Of a stretch of DNA of 64,000 nucleotides, positions 12,297-19,990 are shown piece after piece. How positions within the stretch are numbered: position 1 is the first letter of the stretch; every line of letters starts with the position of its first letter. The notes below the pieces were generated by a model that was not told where the DNA came from, did not search any database, and saw only the letters and a list, made by a program, of their open reading frames with translations. A program made the position numbers and the translations under genes. The stretch covers positions 1-64,000 of IMG/VR virus record IMGVR_UViG_3300022552_000002. One strand, 5' to 3'. The DNA comes from a virus.

Positions 12297-13416
12297 CTTT
12301 ACTTAGCCCAATCTGGCCAAGGATTGTCACCACAACGAACTGAAACGCCAAACTTATATCCTTCGATATAAGCAGGAGCAAGATCTTCTCTATTGTCTTC
12401 CATTTTACTACTGTTCATACCTGCCATGAATCCCATTGTGTATGGCAAAGGATCGTCAGAAGGAACAGAGGATGGTCCACCAATAGGATGCATCCTGAAT
12501 TGTCCCGCATTAAATTTGGTTTCCATTCCTCTCATTTTGTCCATTAGATCATCGGACATTCCGTGCATCTTTCCGATGATACGTGCATCATCTTTTCCTT
12601 CTGAAATACCGCGAAGCATTCCACTTCTGAAATCGCCCTGCATAAACTCTCTGGCCGTTGAACCAAGAGCATTAACAGGGCGATTCATTCTTTCTTCATG
12701 TGATTCTAGATCATCAAGCTCATATGAGAGCTTTCGTGCTTCACGAAACATCTTATGCCAATTATTTCCACTCCAATCTTCAATTGGAGCTTTACATCCA
12801 TAAGAATGAAGCATCTCCACTTGATACTCTGGATTGTCTTGATCCATTCCTTCCCAGCCACATGATCGCATAGCATCTTCAATATTCTTTTCAGAGACCA
12901 TATCAAGATCGATCTCTGAAAGATCAACAAGATAGTTACATTCAAAATCGTTGTAATCGTGAACGTCATTCATTTCGATCATATGATAGCGGTGATAAGC
13001 TACCTTTCGCAGCCATCGACCACCATCATCGAGATAGATTTCTTTGAATTTTCCCATTACAGTTCCTCCACATCCATAGTGTCGAGAATACCAGAGCGTA
13101 GACTCCAAGCATGATCGATCAAATCATAATCCATTCCAAATCCTTCGTGAAGTCTACGAAGGAGGACAAGCATATCCTTTGGGGAAACGTCACAGGTTAA
13201 ACGATAACCGTCATCACTAAAAGACGATTCAGTAAAAGCTTCAAGATATGCATCGATTCCTTGATTGACTACATGAATCATTACATCTCTGTCTTCTCCA
13301 ACAAGAGACATATTATAGTTTCCGTGCTCTTCAAAGATTTCTTTCAGTCTTTCGATTGGTGTTTCACCAGAGCTGTAAGTTTCCATGTTTGCCTCCTTAG
13401 TTGTTTTCTTAATAAT

Positions 13417-13470
13417 CCCATAGAGACTCCAAATAAGTTTAGAATCTCTATGGGGCTATCAAAGCCCCAT
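13417..13470 (-). promoter_or_regulatory. overlapping hairpin pair (8-bp and 17-bp stems)
   Basis: AUGGGGCU/AGCCCCAU overlaps CCCAUAGAGAUUCUAAA/UUUGGAGUCUCUAUGGG; both irregular positions are G-U pairs on the minus strand only. Confidence 0.7.
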
Positions 13471-13476
13471 TATTTT

Positions 13477-13491
13477 CTACCACCAGCGCAT
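13477..13491 (-). CDS. putative leader peptide/minigene MRWW
   Basis: AGGAGG, 5-nt spacer, ATG CGC TGG TGG TAG. Confidence 0.4.
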   Translation of the reverse strand: MRWW

Positions 13492-13562
13492 ATCATCCTC
13501 CTAGTTAGTGGTTAACGATACAAATCAAATCAAGTTGCACCTCCTTTGTTGGAGACAAAACA

Positions 13563-13871
13563 TTACATCCTCTTTTCCATATCATCCATGAACTCTCGGA
13601 AATTGACAAGGTTAATACCAACATCCAAAGCATAACTCTGGATCTCAGTAAAATCCCATTTCTCATTGCCAAGAAAGCGCCAACGACGTGTGTCAATCAC
13701 GCCATTAGCTACATTGAGAACCCAGACAAGTTGATTGCCTGAATATGAGATAAAAAGAAAAACCTCATCAGGTTCAATTGGCCGGAACATTTGTTCGGCT
13801 TCTAGGTAATTCCTTACCTCAGAACACCGAAAGTCAGCGGTAGCAACAAAAGAAAGTTTGAAGTCAGGCAT
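13563..13871 (-). CDS. hypothetical protein, possibly IS66 Orf2(TnpB)-like fold
   Basis: ADFR...PDEVFLFISYSGNQLVWV...RRWR pattern; GGAG RBS before ATG 13871. Confidence 0.4.
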   Translation of the reverse strand: MPDFKLSFVATADFRCSEVRNYLEAEQMFRPIEPDEVFLFISYSGNQLVWVLNVANGVIDTRRWRFLGNEKWDFTEIQSYALDVGINLVNFREFMDDMEKRM

Positions 13872-14172
13872 TGTTCTTCTCCAACCAGTCTGTGATTTGC
13901 ATATAGGCATTATGAAAGTTATCATCCGATCCACCACACAGCGAATCGATCTTAGAAGCAAAAAGAACAGAAACAGGGTGAGTATTAACCCAATCTGTTC
14001 CCTTATTCAAAGATGTAGCAATATCCCAAAGCTCTGTCATGACCTTTGAGAATGAATGAATTACACCAGAAAGGTTAGAAGCATTTTGAACATCTAATGC
14101 TGTCTGACAAATGTTTCTCAGCTTTTCCTTGTCTTCTTCGTCTAATGACTTGAATTGTTGCTCAACCAACAT
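13864..14172 (-). CDS. hypothetical protein
   Basis: AGGAG RBS; ALDVQNASNLSGV...NTHPV motif. Confidence 0.7.
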   Translation of the reverse strand: MLVEQQFKSLDEEDKEKLRNICQTALDVQNASNLSGVIHSFSKVMTELWDIATSLNKGTDWVNTHPVSVLFASKIDSLCGGSDDNFHNAYMQITDWLEKNNA

Positions 14173-14323
14173 TTTTTCTCCTATCTATCTCAGATTGAAT
14201 TTTACGCAGAGTCGTAACATTGTTACTCTGCGTTCGAATATTCTTTGCAATTTCCTGACGCAACAGTTTGCGCCATTCAATTAATTCTTCTCTTGGAAGA
14301 TTCGTGATAAGATTGTTAGACAT
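14162..14323 (-). CDS. small hypothetical protein (53 aa), not in ORF track
   Basis: AGGAG RBS, MSNNLITNLPREEL..., overlaps next start. Confidence 0.6.
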   Translation of the reverse strand: MSNNLITNLPREELIEWRKLLRQEIAKNIRTQSNNVTTLRKIQSEIDRRKNVG

Positions 14324-14340
14324 TACTTCTACTCCTGTTC

Positions 14341-14400
14341 AAAAACCCGACAAAGTAATCTAAGAAAAAAACCTAGATTACTTTGCGGGGCTTTCGCCCC
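14341..14400 (-). terminator. intrinsic terminator-like long hairpin with an overlapping upstream GAAA hairpin
   Basis: GGGGC-GAAA-GCCCC overlapping CCCG-CAAAGUAAUCUAGG/CUUAGAUUACUUUG-U-CGGG, then UUUUU. Confidence 0.7.
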
Positions 14401-14406
14401 TTTTAA

Positions 14407-14763
14407 CTAAATAGTGGTTTCGTCAGCGATCTGTCCTACCATCTTGTACATTGTATCTCTCAGTTCCATGAGGTTTCCACCAGCGGCCTTGAGGATATAT
14501 TCCCCTTCCTCATTCCGCTGATAGTGCTTTTGAGCGCTCAGAAGCATCTTGAGGACAGCAGCGCGCAGAAAATCGTAGTCGTCTGGACCGAAACTCTGCT
14601 GCTTCTCCTTCATTCCGCGCAGAAACTTCAGCTTGAATGCCTTCCACAGAACACTGTGAAGCCATGGATCACATTCCTTGAATGAGAGAATGATCTTACC
14701 GTCTTCCTCGATTCGAAGGTAGAAACGCGGAGTCATTCGGTTATTGTTTGGATTCTCACTCAT
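14407..14763 (-). CDS. hypothetical protein (GC-richer than neighbours)
   Basis: AGGAGG RBS; followed by terminator-like structure. Confidence 0.75.
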   Translation of the reverse strand: MSENPNNNRMTPRFYLRIEEDGKIILSFKECDPWLHSVLWKAFKLKFLRGMKEKQQSFGPDDYDFLRAAVLKMLLSAQKHYQRNEEGEYILKAAGGNLMELRDTMYKMVGQIADETTI

Positions 14764-14864
14764 TTTCGATTCCTCCTACTTTTCCTAAGTTTCTTGGCTT
14801 GATATCTAGCCAAGTAAAAAGCCCGATCTCTTTGACCGAGCCGCTTCAAATCTTCCATTTTCAT
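14760..14864 (-). CDS. 34-aa basic microprotein
   Basis: MKMEDLKRLGQRDRAFYLARYQAKKLRKSRRNRK; ATGA overlaps at both ends. Confidence 0.5.
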   Translation of the reverse strand: MKMEDLKRLGQRDRAFYLARYQAKKLRKSRRNRK

Positions 14865-14935
14865 CCTCCAATAATCAGGTAAAAGATTGTTCCTGTAATG
14901 AACCAGGAAACGAAGGTAAAAGGAAGTGCATTCAT
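14861..14935 (-). CDS. 24-aa single-TM microprotein
   Basis: MNALPFTFVSWFITGTIFYLIIGG; fills gap, AAGG RBS. Confidence 0.5.
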   Translation of the reverse strand: MNALPFTFVSWFITGTIFYLIIGG

Positions 14936-14938
14936 TAT

Positions 14939-15340
14939 TTACCTTTCATAGCGTTTGCGCATTTTGGTAATTACTTCCAAAGGAACGCCGTGAGTATTTC
15001 TAGTGGTCAATTCTTTGTCAGAGAAAAGACCGTCAAAGAGATCGATTATTTTGAATTCATAACCCATTGCCTTTACAATACTCAGATATACGGAATATTC
15101 CCATCTTTGAGTATTGGTATTATCTACTACAATAACAGGGATATTATCAATCATTGCATCTATGACTTTACACATATTTTCGTTGTGTGCTTGTCCAATC
15201 AACCAAGGTCTAAAATCATAGTGTCCATTAACCATGAAGAAATCATCGGTCGAGAAGATTGGTGCGTCAGGATACATTTGCTTGGCTTTAGTGGATTTTC
15301 CACTTCCAGGCAAACCACGCATAATAACAAGTTTCTTCAT
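14939..15340 (-). CDS. P-loop polynucleotide kinase-like protein (AAA_33 / N4BP2-like)
   Basis: MRGLPGSGKST, STDDF, VVDNTN, RNTHGVP. Confidence 0.85.
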   Translation of the reverse strand: MKKLVIMRGLPGSGKSTKAKQMYPDAPIFSTDDFFMVNGHYDFRPWLIGQAHNENMCKVIDAMIDNIPVIVVDNTNTQRWEYSVYLSIVKAMGYEFKIIDLFDGLFSDKELTTRNTHGVPLEVITKMRKRYER

Positions 15341-16399
15341 TTCAACTCCCAATCGTTAACTACAATCCAAGCGTTGTTTTTATTCAACTTCTTTTGCCGC
15401 AATTCCTTGTTAGTCAACTTTCTACGAAAACCACAAGAAATTCCATCTAAATCAAAAAGCTGAAACACCTTGGATTTTCCCACTCTAAAAGGTGTTTCCA
15501 TTGTTCGATAGATTCCGTTGTTTAATTCAAGTGTCATCTTTCAGTCTCCGATTCTATACGCAAAGTAACTCCAATTTCTTTCAACAAATCTTTTCCTGTT
15601 AAGAATTCATCTGCGTCTATATCAAAAACAATGATTGGATCTATAAATGAATGACCACAATTAACTTTTTCAGAACCAAAAACATTCATAGCAGCATAAG
15701 CCGCTGAGAGTGTAGCTGGTTCAACTCTAGCTCTAATGATCTTTTTCAGTTTGATAGTCATTAGTTGTCCTTTTTATTCCCTATTCCTTCTTCAATAATA
15801 TTCACAATAACATTTGCAATCTTTTTATCACTCTCTACACAATTAAAAACAACACCTACATGTTTCATTTCGCCAATGAAAGTAGTAACAGTAACGTTGG
15901 TTTGATAGTTGTTCCTTCTATCAAAAAACCCTATATCTATTCTGTGACAGATCTCAAAGATACGAATAGAATATCTTACTTCCAAACCATTATGTAGATA
16001 AACTTTTTGATATCCATGCTCTCTAAGTAGACCAATAACATTACCAATGATAGTGTTAAATCTACGTCTGTTGAACAATTGGAATTTCATCTAACCTTCT
16101 CTTTCAATTGTGCAATAGTGAGTAACAGAAAGAACATCACCCACAATATTGAAAGTAATCTCTCCCTCTACTCTCAGGTAGTCCGTATCAGCGTCTTTAT
16201 TGTAATCCAGGATATAATGAGTAGAAGTTTCCTGTTCTTCGATTGAGCCCCATTCTATGAAGTTATGGAGTCCTATCGCAGCACAACATTCTGCAACATT
16301 CTCTGTATGATGCATTTCAGTAGAAATAGGCTTTCCACTTCGTATGTCAAGAATCATAGGAAATGTCAGTTTATGAAACATCGTTTTCCTTTTTAGCCA

Positions 16400-16487
16400 G
16401 TATGCATCATCTTATGCATACTCCGTTTTATTTCCCTGGCTACACTACGTGTAGCAAGTCAGAAATTATGCATCATCTTATGCATAA
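16400..16487. promoter_or_regulatory. two tandem TTATGCATAA-type box pairs flanking the palindrome GCTACAC-TAC-GTGTAGC
   Basis: pairs at 16400-16421 and 16466-16487, each two 10-mers with a 2-bp spacer; palindrome at 16439-16455. Confidence 0.7.
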
Positions 16488-17107
16488 CGATTTCATCAAT
16501 GTTTTTCAGTCTTTGTTTCTCAATTAGAATCATAAGCTGTATTATGACTCTAATAAAGCTACAGAGAACTATTCCCACTCAAATTTAACAGAGGAGAAAT
16601 TGGACAGAGTGATTCTTTCCAGCTCTCCATTATCATCGTAGAAGGTAGCGATCGTTCTAGTACCCATTCTATCTTTCTCTTCTTGAACGATATTCAACAA
16701 TTCATTCTGTGTATCAGCTTCAAGAATGAATTCATCAGAAGTACCAGAATCAAAGATAGCTTTCACAATCTTCTCCTTAGTAAACAACGTTACCGTTGAC
16801 ACTAACACCACAACGCATATCACGATCCATTCTATCGAACATATCGTTATTCTCTTCCTTGATTACAGAGGCTTCAGTAATAGCCTCTTTCTCTGTACCC
16901 AGGAAATGGAACATGCGGATAAACTGAGAGCCATATGAAAGCTCCCGTCTATATCCGTTGTACCAGACTTCTATCACTTGCTTCATATTAACTGTTCCTA
17001 GTGTCTGTTATCTGTTCTGTTCTATGTTGTTCAATTAATAACTTACTTTGTTCGATATATTCGCGTATTACAAATCTAATGTAGTGTGCGATAGAATATT
17101 CAAATAC

Positions 17108-17172
17108 AAGTAAACTAACTATTCCCAGGTACACTGTAATAAAAGTAAACTAACTATTCCCAGGTACACTGT
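17108..17172. repeat. 30-bp perfect direct repeat, 35-bp period
   Basis: AAGTAAACTAACTATTCCCAGGTACACTGT at 17108 and 17143. Confidence 0.95.
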
Positions 17173-17996
17173 CTATAGTGAATGGGGGGCTGTATACCTG
17201 CTTTCTACCCACGATAAAGCCCCTTCAAAGGATCTTAGGGTTTATCTACCATATGATCAGATCCAGTCCCCCTTCATAGCAAATTCCATAGCATCGAATT
17301 CCTTGATCTTCTTTATCCGCTTTTTCCTAGGATTCTTTTGTGGCTTTGGTTCACAGATCTCAGAAGGATACTGTGATTCATTTAACGCGATGAATCGAGC
17401 CGCACTATCAGAGGTAAGAAATTCTTCCTTACCATAAGACTTCATAACCAGATATCCGTGATTCGTTTCCTCTACTGTACCCTGTCGCATTTCATCCCTG
17501 ATAACTGCATTATCACCGTTATGCATATTATGTTGCATAACATCGGGACACAAACGAGAGAAATCTTTTGAAGCTGTCATAGTTTTACCCTACTCTCAAG
17601 GAAACTGTACCAATACCTGTATTACAGGTAACAGTCTTAGGTTCTGATATGGCTTCCGCTTTCATACGAATTCTGGCTCCAGCCATCTTCATACAGTTAT
17701 TCAAAACAAATGTAGGATTTTCCTCGTTTTGATATTCCATATTATCGTGCAATTTAATATCGTGTTCTTTTGCAAAGGACATAAGCAGATCGATTATCTC
17801 GAACATACAGTCAGTTGAATAGACAATATTTTTTATTTCTACGATAAGAGAATTAGTTTTCATATTCTGTGGTTTGTATATAGGGGAATTCTCTACAGCC
17901 ATTATCTGTTGAATATGAGAATGCAAATAGTCGTCAAAGTCAAAATCTGGGGATTTTCCAGATTGCTTTAGCTCTTTATCTGTCTTATGTCCGATC

Positions 17997-18018
17997 TTAT
18001 GCATAATATTATGCATAA
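17997..18018. promoter_or_regulatory. tandem palindrome box TTATGCATAA-TA-TTATGCATAA
   Basis: perfect copy of the recurrent motif. Confidence 0.75.
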
Positions 18019-18067
18019 CCTTTCTATCCCTGGTCAAAACAGGGAAAACAAAGCCTCTATAATAGGG

Positions 18068-18103
18068 AAAACCCCCCGGACCACAAAAGATCCGGGGGGT
18101 TTT
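18068..18103. terminator. bidirectional intrinsic terminator
   Basis: AAAACCCCCCGGA-N10-TCCGGGGGGTTTT just downstream of 18126..18500. Confidence 0.85.
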
Positions 18104-18125
18104 GAGAGGTAGGGCTAGCTAGATT

Positions 18126-18500
18126 CTAGTCGCTGGGGACGGTCGCGACCGTTTGCGATCCGCGCTTTCCCTCACTCTTCGCGGCAACCTCAGTCTCCCA
18201 GCGATCATGATCGATCATCGGGACGGCCGTAGCGGCGACGTGCGAAGCGAAAGCCTCAACTAGCTGGCGCGCCTTGTCGCTGTACTCACCCACGGTTAGG
18301 CCATTGTTCTTTGCGAACGTGCGAAGCTTGGAGAGATCGGACTCGATCTTCCGCGCTAGGGTATCGAGAGGGCAGACCACAAAGGAGCCAGATGCGTCCG
18401 CGTAAGGAACGATCATGGAAAGGGGAGGTAGATCAGCCTTTGCCTTAGGCGCGATCTCCTCGATCATGGTGGAAAGGCTAGAAAGCTTGATTTTCTTCAT
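18126..18500 (-). CDS. first left-arm gene, hypothetical 124 aa, GC-rich, probably monocistronic
   Basis: MKKIKLSSLS...; GAGG RBS; bounded by a sigma54-like promoter and a terminator. Confidence 0.75.
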   Translation of the reverse strand: MKKIKLSSLSTMIEEIAPKAKADLPPLSMIVPYADASGSFVVCPLDTLARKIESDLSKLRTFAKNNGLTVGEYSDKARQLVEAFASHVAATAVPMIDHDRWETEVAAKSEGKRGSQTVATVPSD

Positions 18501-18578
18501 CGTAAAAACCTCAATCTCAGGTTTGATTTTTTCTATTGCTTGAATCCCTGAGAAAACCCACGCAACACCGCTATTGAT

Positions 18579-18594
18579 TGCAACTAATGCGCCA
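18579..18594 (-). promoter_or_regulatory. sigma54 (-24/-12) promoter-like site
   Basis: TGGCGC-ATTAG-TTGCA vs consensus TGGCAC-N5-TTGCW; about 80 bp upstream of ATG 18500. Confidence 0.7.
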
Positions 18595-18706
18595 AAAGTT
18601 AACTTATTGTTATCATTAGGTTTGACATAGTGACAGAGCCCCAAAACTGGCTTATATAAACCAATAGTGATAACTCTAAGCATCACCATACATTTAAACC
18701 TAATGA

Positions 18707-18719
18707 AATCAACATGTTG
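18707..18719 (+). promoter_or_regulatory. IHF consensus site
   Basis: AATCAA-CATG-TTG matches WATCAA-N4-TTR; a one-mismatch site also at 18600-18612 (-). Confidence 0.45.
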
Positions 18720-18829
18720 AATCCCTCAGAAAACTGAGAGTCTAACCTCAGAAAACTGTTACATAACTTATCATGACAAAATGGCAATACTATGGTAATA
18801 GAGCCATAGTATAGGGTACAGATACCACG

Positions 18830-18851
18830 TTATGCATAATCTTATGCATAA
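18830..18851. promoter_or_regulatory. tandem palindrome box TTATGCATAA-TC-TTATGCATAA
   Basis: perfect copy; overlaps the -12 element of the sigma54-like site at 18845. Confidence 0.75.
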
Positions 18852-19009
18852 GACGTACCAGAACAAATGTTATGCAATGATTATACCAATGAATACAACG
18901 AAAACATATGCAATAAACAAGCCAATTAGTTAAGGGGATTCCTTAGCAAGAAATAGGCCAAGTTTTATGGGGGGTAGGGCGTTGAAAAACACATGCAATG
19001 TTTATACCA
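18845..19009 (-). promoter_or_regulatory. array of five sigma54 promoter-like sites
   Basis: TGGTACGTCTTATGCA (18845), TGGTATAATCATTGCA (18873), TGGCTTGTTTATTGCA (18909), TGGCCTATTTCTTGCT (18945), TGGTATAAACATTGCA (18994); all GG-N10-GC. Confidence 0.7.
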
Positions 19010-19075
19010 TAAAAAATAATGGACGGATGTTACTGTTGGCACGATAATTGTTAATCCAGGTGCCCACCCAAATCG

Positions 19076-19158
19076 CCCCCAATTTTTAAAATTCCCCCAA
19101 TTTTTAAAATTCCCCCAATTTTTAAAATTCCCCCAATTTTTAAAATTCCCCCAATTTT
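19076..19158. repeat. 18-bp tandem repeat, 4 perfect + 1 partial
   Basis: CCCCCAATTTTTAAAATT units at 19076, 19094, 19112, 19130; partial at 19148. Confidence 0.95.
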
Positions 19159-19323
19159 CAACATCCGTAATTTCCTCATCTTTAATTCCTCTATTTTCCT
19201 ACTAAACATCTCCAACAATATCCACGAGTTTTGAATATATCCATTGTTATGCATAAGCCTTCTAAAAAATTCCGCCCATAATTTTCAACTATCCAGTATT
19301 TTCTTTGTTATTTTTTTGGCCCC

Positions 19324-19335
19324 TTGTAGTATATA
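19324..19335 (+). promoter_or_regulatory. phage promoter motif TTGTAGTATATA
   Basis: recurs upstream of genes at 30460, 35303, 38891 (+) and 48228-48239 (-). Confidence 0.65.
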
Positions 19336-19358
19336 TAATATACAGAAAGGCATGTAAT

Positions 19359-19898
19359 ATGTGGTCTGAACTAAAAACAGTTAGATATAATTCTCCTGAA
19401 GAAATAGCTAACTTCTGGTGTAGACCTGATGAAGAAGGTAAGGTAGATGGTTTTTTAAAAAGAGTAACTGTTCCTGAGTTTATTCAAGAAATATATGTAA
19501 ATGGTATTTGGGGATTTTTTCACATAGAAACAGGAGAAATACATTATTGGTGTTCAAATGAAACCTCGTTAGGAAGTGCTATACGATTTTTTGGTCATGA
19601 ACTCGGACATCTTTTAGGTATTCAAGATGGCACATATTACGAGAATGAGTTTGAAGCAGAGAAGTTTGCTAATGCTGCATATTTTGCTGCAAAACTAGCA
19701 TATGAAGCTGTTGATGTTTTGAGTTGCAAACGACTTGGAGCATCAATAAAAACCAAAACAAAAAAACCAGTTATCTTATTTGCTGCTATTGAAGAAGAAC
19801 AAGATGATAGAATAGTCAAGATGAGTATAGAAGAAGGTAAAACTTCTGGTGAAATTATTCGAGAAGCTATTAAATTATATTTGTCTAGGAAGAAATAA
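19359..19898 (+). CDS. HExxH metallopeptidase (ImmA/IrrE-like) fused to a C-terminal ribbon-helix-helix domain
   Basis: FFGHELGH...EFEAEKFA; C-term ILFAAIEEEQDDRIVKMSIEEGKTSGEIIREAIKLYL; AAAGG RBS before ATG 19359. Confidence 0.6.
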   Translation: MWSELKTVRYNSPEEIANFWCRPDEEGKVDGFLKRVTVPEFIQEIYVNGIWGFFHIETGEIHYWCSNETSLGSAIRFFGHELGHLLGIQDGTYYENEFEAEKFANAAYFAAKLAYEAVDVLSCKRLGASIKTKTKKPVILFAAIEEEQDDRIVKMSIEEGKTSGEIIREAIKLYLSRKK

Positions 19899-19968
19899 TT
19901 TATACTTTTATTCCAACAATACTCACGAATACCTACAAATACTCACAGTTTTTCACAGGAATCACAGG

Positions 19969-19990
19969 TTATGCATAAGCTTATGCATAA
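19969..19990. promoter_or_regulatory. tandem palindrome box TTATGCATAA-GC-TTATGCATAA
   Basis: perfect copy. Confidence 0.75.

Larger units (their letters stand above)
7606..13386 (-). other. cluster of about 15 early-type hypothetical CDS (7606-7824, 7824-8135, 8135-8530, 8539-8898, 8908-9252, 9336-9542, 9535-10209, 10209-10424, 10503-10751, 10751-11362, 11366-11605, 11615-11920, 11931-12230, 12299-13057, 13057-13386)
   Basis: co-oriented, tightly packed, GGAG RBSs, many acidic; motifs HWGCGWID, LSYGGP..DWFDGA and VSNWPG resemble phage early-gene families. Confidence 0.7.
15337..18037 (-). other. hypothetical CDS 15337-15537, 15534-15761, 15761-16090, 16091-16381, 16569-16766, 16777-16986, 17257-17580, 17585-18037
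   Basis: co-oriented ORFs, mostly with RBS; starts of the last two uncertain. Confidence 0.6.

Noticed and set aside
18501-18689. N-terminal extension of ORF 18126..18689
   Set aside because: Covers the promoter region and has different composition; the RBS supports ATG 18500.
17108-19158. Possible CRISPR or mini-array
   Set aside because: The 18-bp units have no spacers, the 30-bp pair has only a 5-nt gap, and no cas genes are present.
19051-19254. ORF with LKIGGI repeats
   Set aside because: By-product of the 18-bp DNA tandem repeat; no convincing RBS and it lies within the control region.
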